Shown here piece by piece: positions 1 through 13,186 of a stretch of 64,000 nt of DNA (the stretch's first letter is position 1; each line of letters opens with the position of its first letter). This DNA is from Octopus sinensis. Taxonomy: Eukaryota. The position numbers were made by a program, and so were the translations under genes. Below the pieces are notes generated by a model. It saw only the letters and a list, made by a program, of their open reading frames with translations, had not been told where the DNA came from and ran no database searches. The DNA is taken from NCBI RefSeq assembly GCF_006345805.1, contig NC_043008.1, forward strand, positions 8,246,001-8,310,000. Reading direction: 5' to 3'.

Positions 1-613
1 AAGACAACCTTCCTTGCACCTCACTTCTATGCAGTCCTTACCCATCTGCAGATCTGTTAAAAACAATTTCCGAGCAATTTAACTGGTCAACTCAAGCATG
101 GATGCTTTGGTTAGCATGGAATTGCTTCTCCGAGGACCAAGCTGTAGGCGCACATTTCTGTTGCTGAATTTTTGCGTCTGTCATCGTTTCATATTCCTTG
201 AGATCACTTCTTCGATGTGATTGCTGTACGTCACTTATATTACAATCTATTCTTTCGCAAAATCTCTGGTTCCATAACCATCAATGTCATTCTCTATGCT
301 ATACCCTCAATATTTATCAAGGCAGAGTTTGCCCTCGAAACCAGCTGACTCTGCAGCAGTGGCTTTGATATCAACATGTCCAGAAGCGGAGAGAAGTGAC
401 ATAGTTGACCGTGAATAGTTGACCATGACCATGAATGGTTCTCATAGGTGGTCATTTACTCAGATCACCAAGCGATTGTCCCTGTACATTGCAGTGCTCC
501 AGCTTCCGAATTTGTGCTCTCACCAGCCACCTATAAGACTTATCAAAAGATTTCAACTGATCCGAACGGATCAGCGGCCCTATTTATGTCAGGTTAACAG
601 TATTCTCTCAGGG

Positions 614-850
614 TGAAAAGGCGGCGAGCTGGCAGAAACGTTAGCACGCCGGGCGAAATGCTTAGCGGTATTTCATCTGCGTTACGTTGTGAGTTCAAAT
701 TCCGCGGAGGTCGACTTTGCATTTCATCCTTTCGGAGTCGATAAATTAAGTACCAGTTACGCACTGGGGTCGATGTAATCGACTTAATACCTATGTCTGT
801 CCTTGTTTTGTCCCCTCTGTGTTTAGCCCCTTGTGGGTAATAAAGAAATA
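614..850 (+). mobile_element. tRNA-derived SINE, family A (A1-type tail), with 15-bp target-site duplication
   Basis: Head GGCGGCGAGCTGGCAGAAACG (A-box-like), B box GAGTTCAAATTCC, and a body shared with many copies in the window. AGTATTCTCTCAGGG flanks both sides (599-613, 851-865). Confidence 0.9.
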
Positions 851-1189
851 AGTATTCTCTCAGGGATGTATCTCATGGCGTAGAAGTAGTCATGGATGGA
901 TCTCTTTGGTATGGTGCATGTATGTGCCCCTCCTACCAGAATATCGAAGACAAATGCCAAACGTTCAGCTCTCCCTTCGACCAAAATCATTAACTCTGCA
1001 GAGTTACAGAGCTAGTGGCGTTAACATATGTCCATGTTAGGATCCTTTCCAAATAGCACTTCTACATCACTTTTCTATGATTGGGGCAATTCTCTTGTTC
1101 TGCTGTCTGTTGCTGTGGACATCAACCAAGCGGGCGGACGGCGAACAAGTTGTACGTAAAACATCTAGATAATACCTCAGATAATATCT

Positions 1190-1445
1190 CTAGAAAATAT
1201 CTCAGAAGAACCTGGAATAAATTTCAGAGAAATCTCAAAGATTGTGCTGACATGTACTGCCGACATCCTTAGAAAAACTCTATCAATTCAACATCTGCGT
1301 TGTATTACATGAAAACATTTCGCTACTGCTCCTGCATCTTTTCCTCCCCAGATTTCAGTCGTACAGTAATATATCTTATCCTTCATTTACCCCAGGGCGT
1401 TGGGTGTGTCTCGGCAAGTGATTGTAACAAACATGCAGATTAAAA
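1190..1445 (+). pseudogene. 3' end of an R4/Dong-like RLE LINE (C-terminus plus 3'UTR)
   Basis: 1190-1312 reads LENISEEPGINFREISKIVLTCTADILRKTLSIQ, homologous to NIQKIALLGTAHILRRTLSIQ at about 45950-46016. The putative UTR runs into a (TAG)n tract. Confidence 0.6.
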
Positions 1446-1512
1446 GTAAGTAGTAGTAGTAGTAGTAGTAGTGGCGGCGGTGGTGGCGGTGGTGGTGCTG
1501 GTGCTGGTGCTG

Positions 1513-1549
<37 letters not shown>

Positions 1550-1644
1550 CGGTGGTGGCGGTGGTGGCGGTGGTGGTGGTGGTGGCGGTGGTGGTGCTGG
1601 TGCTGGTGCTGGTGCTGATGCAGGTAGTAGTAGTGGTGGTGGTG

Positions 1645-1680
<36 letters not shown>

Positions 1681-1683
1681 GTA
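1446..1683. repeat. Compound trinucleotide microsatellite (TAG)n/(TGG)n/(CGG)/(GCTGGT)n
   Basis: Directly visible; explains the poly-Pro/His/Thr/Val ORFs at 1376-1738. Confidence 0.95.
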
Positions 1684-2348
1684 TGACAATGTATATTGTG
1701 CCAATAATTGGAAAACATTGGCATAAGAAGTTTGTCAAGAACGATCTACCTTAGTTCATGGCAATCAGCAGCTGGTACCTTAATGACACTGCAAAGAAGA
1801 AGCATGATATGTTAGATGCAATGACACTAACAATTGTTACATGTTAATGCAGGCTGCGAACCAGAGAATGCCCGAGGGCAAACTCTGCCTTGATAAATAT
1901 TGAGGGTATAGCATAGAGTATGACATTGATGGTTATGGAACCAGAGATTTTGCGAAAGAATAGATTGTAATATCGCGACCTGAGTCCAGAGAAACATAAA
2001 TAAAGTTATCCTTGCTAATCATTTGTTTGTTTGGGAACAGGAAATTTAAATTCCTTGCAATGCAATTCGAACCCAATACCTAAAATGATATAATGAGTTT
2101 TTATCCGACAACATGGTAACAGTAAGTTCAATCAGAATAAATGGGAACAGAAAAGGTAGACATAGAATGTAAGAAGGAATGAACAAAAGACAAGTAAGAA
2201 ATGGCGAGAGATGATGAATGCTGGAGTCGAAGAAAAACGTCAGAAGAGTAACCGGAGAAAATATAGGAAACAAAAAGAAGTTGGAAGAAAATTAGGAACA
2301 GCTGTTAATAATGCTGCTGAGGAAGTTGCTATTGCCGCTGGTGCTTGT

Positions 2349-2710
2349 TTGTTTGTTGAGCGAAGCGGTCTTCGTCCCGTCTGTAGTGGGAGAAGTCCGA
2401 AACGTGGTCCTTTTGCTATTCGTAAGACCCGCAGAAGAGAAAGCAGGTCAACCTCCGACACCGAGAGCATCGACGGATGGATGAATACGCATCCAGGCTC
2501 AGTGGTTGCGTAGGAAGTCGGGGACAAGAAGCAGGAAGAAAGAGTGAGAGAATGTTGGGACGAAAGAGTATAACAGGGGTCGCCACCACCCCTGCTGGAG
2601 CCTCGTCGATATTTAGGTGTTTTCGATCAATAAACACACACAACGCCCGGTCTGGGAATCGAAACCGCGAGTCCGCTGCCCTAACCATTGGGCCATTGCG
2701 CCTCCACGTT
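2349..2710 (-). mobile_element. tRNA-derived SINE, family C, with (AAAC)n tail and 12-bp TSD
   Basis: Minus strand starts GGAGGCGCAATGGCCCAATGG (A box), then GGTTTCGATTCCC (B box), and ends CAACAAACAAACAA. GCTGGTGCTTGT is duplicated at 2337-2348 and 2711-2722. Confidence 0.85.
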
Positions 2711-4365
2711 GCTGGTGCTTGTGCTTCTGGTGATGGTGGTAATGATTTTGATGAACATGATGCTGATTGGGGGGAAGGATGCGGAAGAAAAACAGAAGGA
2801 AGAGGAATAGATGACGATGATAACGGCAATTATGATGATGTAAATACAAGAAAAAAATTGTTATTGCATTTTTCTAGAGAACAACACAGTTTCTTTGATA
2901 AAAAAAATAAAAACATTTTGTTAACCATGTTTTAGAAAGATAAAAATGAAACTAATTCAAATTTCTAAAGAACAACGCGCGGAGACTTTTGGGATACAAT
3001 CCTATGTGTGTGTTCGTTGGTGGTTCTAGTAGTGGCAGTAATGGTACTGGTCACCATTGCAGTGGTATGGTGGCGTCTATCTGCGGCGATGCTTGTGGGG
3101 GAAATTTCGATGATGGTACGTTTGGTGGTGATCGTGTTAGTGTAGGTTGTGGTGGGAGGGGTAGTAATGTTGTTACAGCAAAGAAATTGGTAGCCGTCGT
3201 TGTGGTAGTGGTGGTGGTGGTGGTGGTGGTGGAGGAGGAGGCAGAGACTATAAAGAAAGTAACATACTGGTTTCTTGTCTCTTTTATAGAAAGAATTGTA
3301 ATATTGATAATAAGACAGGATCGCACATCTTGGCGACTCAAATATTACATATATTTCTTTGTTTTTGCTTCCTTTCCGTTATATTCGGATATGCGCAATA
3401 AAATTATCAAACAATACCGAACCAATGGCTTTGTATTCATCAATCTCGTGTAAGAAGAATTGTGAGGTATAGATAGAAAGATAGATAAATCAGTTTGAAG
3501 AAAAGACAAATAAATAGGCGAAGAAATAATGGATAGCTAGCTCGCTAGATACAGAGATTTTAAGCCAAATGATATTGATATCGGAATTGAAAGGATTTTA
3601 ATTCAATGATACGCGGCATTTGTTTACATACATAGGATGTGGAACAATAGACAATTATAGTATTATACCTATGTAAATTAATATGCTTTCACTTCCTCTT
3701 TTGCCATTGATTAAGTATCTAATCCGATCTGCATAAAAGAGACATAGATTTAGATGTTATTGTTTAATCGATGTACTCACGTTCTTTTATTTTCTTTTGA
3801 ATATTTTCATTGTCTTACGTCGAGCCAAGTCGATGTCTTGAACAAAATACCGAGTTATAAAGAAGGAACAACGTGTTATTGTATATTAACTATAGTATTG
3901 GAGCCAGATATCCTTTATCTGTTACATTTGATATGAAAATACATTAATAACTGAATTTTCTTCAAACTAAAATATTTCATATATTTTTATGTATTTATGA
4001 CGAGGATGAGGTGGATGGAGAAAACGAGTAAGACGAGAAGAATAGTTGAATGTGGATAATGTTGAATAATAATAATGATGATGATGATGTTGCTGATGAT
4101 GATGATGATGATAATGACAACATCAACAACAACAATATTAATAATTGAGAAAATAGTAACAACTATTAGTGCCATTTGTTAAAGTTTAAATCGAATTTTT
4201 AATTGTTTACTTGATGCGCAATTGAAATTCCTAGCCCACTTCGGAAAAGATAAATGAAGAAATTCAAATCCGACTCCTTGACAGATGTACTACTAAAAAA
4301 AAAAGAAACTCGCTACTTAATTTCAATGCTGTCCTCACCAATTTCGTCCAAACGGAAGGCGGGTT

Positions 4366-4782
4366 GGATATTTTCGGTTTGAACGGCAGTTTTTTCTAGC
4401 GGTCTCATATGAAATTGTCACCCATAATTATGACCCTAGTATCGATCTATTGCATTTCAATCTGTTTTAGGGTTAGGGTTAGGGGTGGGGGAAGGGTATA
4501 TTTTTTTTCTTCACAAATGTAAATAAACCAAATCTGTTTCTTAAACGAGGGACATATTCATACGGCACAGAATGCTTTTTACCTCAATGGACGTTAGTGA
4601 TTGGTTGAAATTGCACAAATTGAAGAAAAAAACTAACAAATATCTTACAAACTATAGAATTTTCTCAACAAAGCGAAGACAAAAAGATGTTTTATAAACA
4701 CATTCTACCAGTATACGAAGTTTAAAATTTTTTACTTACCAAAAAATTATGTTAAAAACTGCCGTTCAAACCGAAAAGATCC
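4366..4782. mobile_element. MITE with 29-bp terminal inverted repeats and internal (TTAGGG)3
   Basis: GGATATTTTCGGTTTGAACGGCAGTTTTT (4366-4394) is the reverse complement of 4754-4782 with 1 mismatch. No ORF; no TSD identified. Confidence 0.85.
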
Positions 4783-5485
4783 GGTGGGTGCACTGCCCAT
4801 TTTACCCATGCTACATTACAATCTCATGGAATGATTGGAGGAGAAAGAAACCGAAAGACAACGAAGAGATTTCAGGAAGCACAAACTGAAAATTTCTCCT
4901 TTTTATGTCATAAAGTCAGTTCCAACAAGATATTTGGAAACTTTTATCTTGTCTACGTATCACCACAAACTTTGCTTTCTTTAAACTTTTTACTTTAAAT
5001 AAAGCTGAACTCCTTTCTCCGTTACAATTGTAAATACAAAATAATTTATCAAAATGCTAATTCGATCAACATTCAAGTAGGCTGATAAAATACACTTGGA
5101 AATGTTGTTTACGAAATAAAAGAGCATCGGGAATCTCATATTCTTATCTATTGTGTTCACATGAAGTTTTTCGATTGGTCTAACTTAAACATTTTCTGTG
5201 AGCGTTGACGTATTTATTTATGTTCGCATGCAAATAGCAGTGAACGGGTTTCGTAACGCACACCGGGTATTGTTTCCCAACACGCTTCATTTACCATGCT
5301 AATGATGCTGCAAAAAAATCAACAGATTAACGGTTCACATTACTTATAATCCCTTAATTTTCAAGTGACACGCATTTCAAAGTAAAGAATAAGTTGTCGT
5401 CCACTTGAACACATAGTAGCAATATAATTTCAAAGAAAGCAAGCAAATTTTGGCCATCCAAATTATTATTATTATTATTATTATT

Positions 5486-5809
5486 GAGTGAGTGAGCAGA
5501 GCATGCCATCAAAGTGACACTGGGGTAAAATATACGAAGCCCAGTATACCCATCATGACTACCCGTCTGATAAGGGTACACCAGGCACATGCATCACAAC
5601 CATATGTGCGCGACATATCAAGATAAACAGCACATGACCTTGCAGGTGGAGCCCAGTTAGAATTTTCTTCAGATCGAGTAACCCATCCCGCTCAAAAGGT
5701 CCCTGAATAAGGGTTGTTTAAGGACGTTGAACGAAACACCCATGTTTCCAGAGTGAATTATTCAAACCCCAAAGAATCCTTCTCAACACATGGCTATGAT
5801 GCTCCCCCA
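5486..5809 (-). mobile_element. 5'-truncated copy of (AAT)n-tailed non-coding retroelement 'X'
   Basis: Reverse complement of about 45045-45380 with an 11-bp internal deletion; (TAT)n lies on both sides (5462-5485 and from 5813). Confidence 0.85.
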
Positions 5810-5812
5810 GGC

Positions 5813-5819
5813 TATTATT

Positions 5820-5862
<43 letters not shown>

Positions 5863-5897
5863 GTAGTAGTAGTAGTAGTAGTAGTAGTAGCAGCAGC

Positions 5898-5935
<38 letters not shown>

Positions 5936-6001
5936 CAGCAGTAGTAGTAGTAGTAGTGGTAGTAGTAGTAATGGTGATAGTACAGCAGTAGCAGCAACAG
6001 C

Positions 6002-6054
<53 letters not shown>

Positions 6055-6055
6055 C
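5813..6055. repeat. Compound microsatellite (TAT)n-(TAG)n-(CAG)n
   Basis: Directly visible. Confidence 0.95.
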
Positions 6056-6399
6056 GATACATGTTAATATTTCGCGCAATTAGTAGTAACTCCCGAAAAC
6101 TTTATCCATAAAGCCTAAAAGCCTGGTCTGTGTTGTGTCTGTCTCAAAAGAGAGTCGTCCATCGACTATTCATTGAAAAGTAAAAAAGTGCCATACGTGG
6201 ATTACTGAATCCATCTCTTACATCTATTGAGTTCATCTTTCAGTCTGACTTCGCAGTACGCTCAGTATTGTATTTCGAATACTTGTGACTTATACGTAAA
6301 ATTATATTATTATTAACAATAGTATTTCATCTCTGTTTTTGTGTTTATACAATCTGTGTCATCACGTTTGACCCTCATTAAGTACGTTGTATTATCTTT

Positions 6400-6990
6400 G
6401 TACCCAGAGTGATAAAAATCAAACATCCATTCAACATCATGGTGATGGCGAGGTTATGCTTCCATTCATCCTCCGACAAAGCCTCAGACTCAACATGAAG
6501 ACCGAAATCAAGGGCCTGGAGGAGATAGTGGTGCTCTGAGTAAAGTGGGTGTCTGCTGGAAGATGCTGTCTGGTACCAGGACTCTGCAATTTGCCACACA
6601 GGCAGGAAAACACAGTCCTGGCTGTCGGATAGTTTCTGCGACCACATCACCACTAACATCTGGCCACCTAATTCCCCAGACAGCAACCCCCTTCATTATT
6701 ATGTGTGGGGCGCAGTTGAGCGACAGGCCAACAAAACTCCTTGCAACACCAATGATGAAGTGAAGCTAAGGATTATGGTAGCAACAAATATAATGAGAAC
6801 GCCCAGAAGGGTTGCAGATTCCGACGTCACTGGAGGCTGTGATTGAAGCCAACGGCGATTTCATTGATTAAATTCATTCTTTAGTATTTCAAGATATTTT
6901 AATGTAATTTTGGTAGATATATCTTTCCAATTAAAACTTCAATGTGATTTTCACTTTTGCGTAATTTACATGATAATTTATTCACCACAT
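6400..6990 (+). pseudogene. Tc1/mariner-superfamily transposase remnant, maT/DD37D type, 3' half
   Basis: VPRVIKIKHPFNIMV...VMLPFILRQSLRLN...VWYQDSAICHTGRKTQSWLSDSFCDHITTNIWPPNSPDSNPLHYYVWGAVE...LEAVIEANGDFID* (stop 6869-6871). 37 residues separate D (6580) from the third catalytic position (6694, now CAT/His). Frameshifts and stops present. Confidence 0.85.
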
Positions 6991-6994
6991 CAAA

Positions 6995-7184
6995 TATATG
7001 TATGAATGTATATATATATATATATATACATGTATGTATGTATGTATGTATGTATATGTATATATATACATATGTGTGTGTATATATGTATATACATATA
7101 AGTATATACTTAGAAATATATTTATATATACATAAGTATTCATATATATGTAAATGAGGCATATATGCATATGTATGCATGTAT

Positions 7185-7266
<82 letters not shown>

Positions 7267-7344
7267 GAGAGAGAGATAAGTATGTAGGTAGGTAGGTTGA
7301 GAAACAGAGTCAGACGGAAAGGCAAATAACTTACTAGCTAGCTT

Positions 7345-7388
<44 letters not shown>

Positions 7389-7395
7389 TATAGAC

Positions 7396-7475
<80 letters not shown>
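6995..7475. repeat. (TA)n/(TATG)n tract followed by (GATA)n (7349-7475)
   Basis: Directly visible. Confidence 0.95.
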
Positions 7476-9586
7476 GTTTTGACCTAAAAACCGCAGTGAT
7501 GTGAACCTCGCGTCAAGAGACAATCTCTCTCTTTCAGTTTCGAAAAAGCTCTCTTTCACTTTCTTTCCTGCTTTCTCCCCCCCTCTCTCTCACTCTTTAT
7601 AAACGTGTTGAAAATTAATTAATAATTGAAAAGCATAAATCACCTATATACGTGGGAATTTGTATATTATTTACAGCGAAGAGAAAAAAATCCCTTTTAT
7701 AGAGATCTTGTTTTAAAATTAGAACAAGGAAGAATGAATAAATGGAAAAAGCAATTAGCAAATAGTAAAAGGTGCCTTTCTATAAAGAAGGAAGTGTTTC
7801 ATACAGGGAATTAATTGGAAGACAGAGAATGATAGTGAAAATAGGGCGTGAAGAAAATGGTAAAAAGAAAAATAATACAAGTAAAGAAGTCAGTTAAATA
7901 AAAACATACTAAATGTTGCAGGAGATGGGAGTGATACAAAATATGCAATGGGAATTAAGGAATCGGAAACGTAAAGGTATTACTAGAGTAGGGTACGACT
8001 GAAACTTATAACAGTACAGGACATAGTGCCATAGAAAAACCAGCCGATCAAAAGAAATGGAACGAAACTGAATTTCGTAATATATAAGAACATGGAAAAA
8101 AACCATGTGGATGAGTATTTTTTCAATGTAGCAATCCCATTTATTCAAGGAACGAGAAATGCGTTTTTTTTTTAAATATAGAGCTATAATAAAATTTAAA
8201 AAATATTTTGTAATAGACTTGTATGCAAACTATATATTAGATGAGAAATAATTTTCTTATAAAAACATGGAAACAGAAAGCCAAAATACTAATAAAATTA
8301 TGTAAAGATTATATGCCGCAGTCGATCGAGTATAAATCAAGTTCAGGGTAAAAGAAATCAAATATTCCGATTCAAAATTATGGTAAAAATCACTAAAACG
8401 TGATTTTGAAAGAGCGTATTATGCATATTTATAGGACCATGTATTCTGTCGGTAAATTTATAAATATTAAAGCTCAAGGAAAAAAGCTTCTCATCTAGCA
8501 AAATAAATAACGCTATGGCCATAAGAACTCTCAACGTACTTGAATATAGACTTCACAACAATTTTTTTATTTCTTTCCTAAGTAATGATTACAAATATTT
8601 TGCGTGATATAAGGACTCGAAAACTACTTAATATTACTATAATTTTCCTTATCAATGGGTACGAAAGCGATAACAGTTTTAGTGCATAGAATGCATTCTG
8701 GTCTTAAATCACCATTTGTCAGCCGGAATGTAAAATTGAATCAAAATCTCCAGCAAATAGCGAAAATATTTAGAACAATCTTGCTAAGATTTATATGTAC
8801 GAAATTTAATGGAAACAGGAAATAAATATTGATTTATTTAAAAAGCTGACACGTCTCCCCGCAGTGTATGGACGGGCTTATACTTAAACTTCATGTTTCA
8901 AAGTTTACTATCCCTGTTACAGGAGTATCTGAACCAGTCACTTCGAGTTTTTGTAATATCCTCCCATTCATTACTATTTACGCGGGGACATTTTAAAGTA
9001 TGCCTATACCAACCACACGTCATGAATTATTTCGTTGTCCTTCGAAGTTTTCCTTTGGAATTCTATCGTTATTCATTCGCAAAATATATAACCATAACCC
9101 CCCGTTGAATGTTTCTCTTCCATGCATATTAGACATAAACAAAATATCACCGTTTCGCACTTTATGATCCTATTTTGCTTCGCCTGTATTACTTTCCTGC
9201 CAGGTCAAATGCTGACTTAACTAACCATTTCTGGGCACATGTTACTCAAAGTATCGTGCGTCCCACACGTGCAACATGCAATGGAATATATATAAAACAC
9301 CACCAGGACTGAGTATACTTACACATAAACATCAAATTGAATAACATAATATGAACCTATTAAAATTGTAAATAATGAAAATAAATTAACTATATCGTTT
9401 GATTTTCATCGGTGGATAATGTCGTTTTGGGGGTATACTGCATTCTTGTATTTGTATCTCTGTGTGTCCCTTTCCACTTCAACGGGCTATTTGTCTAAAT
9501 GTTGCTTTATCGTTACTTCAAATTTGTTCGAGTTACGTCTGTTTTCATTATCGAACATTGATATGTTATCTTCGACGAGAGACTCA

Positions 9587-9600
9587 ATAATATATATATG

Positions 9601-9669
<69 letters not shown>

Positions 9670-9686
9670 TATATATATATACATAC

Positions 9687-9752
<66 letters not shown>

Positions 9753-9830
9753 GTATGTATGTATGTATGTATTATGTATAGGTATATGTATGTGTATATA
9801 TGTATGATTGTATCTATGTTTATATATATG
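9587..9830. repeat. (TA)n/(TATG)n microsatellite
   Basis: Directly visible; source of the IYIYIY ORFs. Confidence 0.95.
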
Positions 9831-12039
9831 TGTGTGCACGTGTGTGTCTGTGTGCCCGTGTGACTTTGCGTATTTCTCTTACATATGTTTGTTTTTACAG
9901 CAAATGAATGTATACATTTCCTCATTCCAGCATTTCTTTTGACCACAAACTAATAGCAATATGGAACTCTGAACATAGATTGAATTAGAAAATGTAGCGG
10001 TGGTAAAATTTGAAACATGCTCTCACTTCAATGCTCCTAATTTTCGGAATAAAGAACATGAGAACACGTCCCTAAGTCGATTTCGTTGTTGTATGTTTCT
10101 TTGAAGATAATTACCGGGTGTTCTTCACTCGCAGGCAAGCTTGCGGATACACATACACCGATTGGTACACAGTCAAACTACTTAGGTATTGGAAAATGTA
10201 CATGCTAATATGAAAGCTATGAATGGTATGCTATCTTCATAAATCTGTTCAATACCATTTGCTCTGATAGTAAAGGGCGACAAATATATACATTTCAATC
10301 TAAACAATGAACCTCTTCGCTGAAGAATTTCAGGTTTCCTACTTTTGTACCAATTAGCATGATATTCTTCTCTATTAGCTCTCTTAATACAATGTAAAAT
10401 TATTCGTTACATAATCCCTCTATATAAAACACGGGCTACTTATTACCGCCAATATAAACATTAGCCAATAAAAGAATAATGTCCCCTAATAGTTATGCGA
10501 ACTTCATTGATTATATTTTAACAAATTCTAATGAAAATTGAAATGAAGTTATTATCTTTGCGATAGAAATCAGAAAATGAATCCGTTACCAGAATGATAC
10601 ATAATAAGGTCGTGGTGTGTTCTTTTGAGAAAGCAGCATGGCCACTGCATTTGGACGTGTCTTTCAGAACTAAGATCCAAATGCATTTAATTGCAAATAT
10701 ACGAATATATTCTGCTTTATACGAGTAATTTTATACTATAATTATATAAGCTCAGGTTCTCCTGTGAGAAATCTACTCACAATAGAAGAACTGTTGCTAT
10801 CACAAGTGGAAATCGTATTATCGACAACACCCAATAAAACGCCACACAATATACTTATCAGAATGCCTTCTATTATATTCTAACTAGCAAGAGAACGATT
10901 TAGTCGTGCGGCTTAAGTTTTCTCTGTAAGCAGGAAGCCATAAATAAATTTGGTAGATTTTATAACAGTTTACAATTGACTGTGTGGCACTAACAGAAGA
11001 ATGTCGATTGTTAAATTCAGATTTATGTATGAAAAATTACAAACTGCATTTGGCCTATCGGGGAACGTTTAACCGATGGCTGCTTATTTGGACCGTTACA
11101 TTCAAGCCACCTAAATAGAAATTCGATATAGTATAAAATGCTGTGCGATAACATTATTTTCATAATATTATCGTTCACGTTTTCGGAGTTTGTTTATACT
11201 ATTCTTAAATCTACTATAATACATGATTCCCTTCACCACTAAAATTATTGACGAAAGCTTTTTTTTTATTTTTTACAGACTGAACTCGTTATAAACAAAA
11301 TAATAATATGTTAATATGAGTTCTCACTAACCATTACAGCATATTTCACTATCTCAGATGATATCAGAACATTAAACGTTACTTGATTCACGGTATTCTA
11401 CGCAATGATGTCTTAAATATTTTAAGATACACTGTAAAATATATCTCTCTGTAAGCAACTGACTTTAGCCTCATTCAGAAGAGTGAAGAAATTGGTTTCA
11501 CCTCAGCTTTTATCTCCCGGTGAGAATAAAAATTGCGATCGACGTGAATAATTTGTATTTTGCTTGAAGCTTCATCACAGAAAGAATACCAAATAACTGT
11601 CCACAGAGCACTCAGCAGGCGGTAGCTAATTGTATTGTACGAAGGTTACATTTCTGCTAATCTAGTTAGTGAAATATGCATAGTTGTGAATACGCTAACA
11701 CAGTGGATTAAATAATCTATAGGGTAGGACAAAGCGTTGTTGAATATTTTAAAATGATTTCTATATATTATAAAGGGACGAATAACGGTTCATACCTGCC
11801 TGCAAGGAGAAAAATGGTGTGGTCACACCACAGGATTTGTAAGACACATTCATCTAGAATATTCTTTCATGTGTCTCTTCCAAGAAAATTACACGAAAAT
11901 AAGAACAACCTCATAAATAAGAAAGACAAAATAAACAAATACCGGACTATAACGGACTATAAAAATAACGGGCTATAATCGTCTGTAGAATATGACATAG
12001 GTGCTAATATGCAGACATAAACATCTCTATGTTTATCCA

Positions 12040-12055
12040 TCTCTCTATCTATATC

Positions 12056-12133
<78 letters not shown>

Positions 12134-12189
12134 CCAATCAACATAAATGCAATCACCCATATGCATACAATGGTATGTATGTATATATG

Positions 12190-12223
<34 letters not shown>

Positions 12224-12300
12224 TGTATGTATGTATTTATGTATGTATGTATGTATCTATCTATCTATCTATCTATCTACTATCTATCTATCTATATATG
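12040..12300. repeat. (TATC)n/(TATG)n compound microsatellite
   Basis: Directly visible. Confidence 0.95.
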
Positions 12301-12942
12301 GCAGTGTGGCGAGTATAGGTGTGTGTTTTACATATAACTGTACACATTCTACAAGAAACGGAAGCATCTTGAATGTTTTCTTCGTATGTGACATTACCAA
12401 TTATTCAAACTATTGGAGAAAGGCAGCAATGTTGACTTATATGAGCAAAATTATGTGAAACATTTCGAAGAATAACTAGTGATCGAGATTCGATTTTTGT
12501 CTGTAGAAATGTCAGAGGTAGAGCACCTCAGACATTCAACGATCCATATGCAAATACACGTGACATATTCGTGTGTTCAATATCGTGTAAGTAGAATATA
12601 TAAATGCAAAAAAAGGATTCTTATTATTTATGAAGATTCGATGTGGAATAACTGAATCAATTTCTTTCTATGTTCACAAAAGGCGCTCTTCAATCATGGA
12701 GTTATTCAGCTTACCTTCGGAGAGAAATAGCTAATCACGTCATAAGACCATAATGAATATGCACATGTTTGCATTTACTCATTGCTCTTGGAATTGGTAA
12801 GAGCTGGGGAAGCAGGTAAGCAAATATAACACCTGCAGACAGAACTGTTCTTCATGCAAAATACATTGATTTAAATAACTTTCTAGAATCACAGTTTCTC
12901 TTAAAGAAAGATTCATCGTTGTTCATAATTGATCTTTAACTT

Positions 12943-12952
12943 ATATATATGC

Positions 12953-13030
<78 letters not shown>

Positions 13031-13150
13031 TCTGGTTTGTAAGTTTCAAATGAATCTATATCTTCCCTGTTAGTACACACTCGCACGCACGTACACACAC
13101 ACACAAATATATATATATATAATATATATATATATATATGTATATATATT

Positions 13151-13181
<31 letters not shown>

Positions 13182-13186
13182 ATATA
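12943..13186. repeat. (TA)n tracts
   Basis: Directly visible. Confidence 0.95.

Noticed and set aside
400-1080. Higher-complexity sequence around the first SINE as an exon or TE ORF
   Set aside because: Stops in the frames I translated and no assignable motif.
1376-1738. Poly-Pro/His/Thr/Val ORFs
   Set aside because: Read-through of a compound microsatellite, open in several frames.
2211-2935. 100-152 aa ORFs on both strands
   Set aside because: They overlap TSD-bounded SINE-C and simple repeats; no protein motif.
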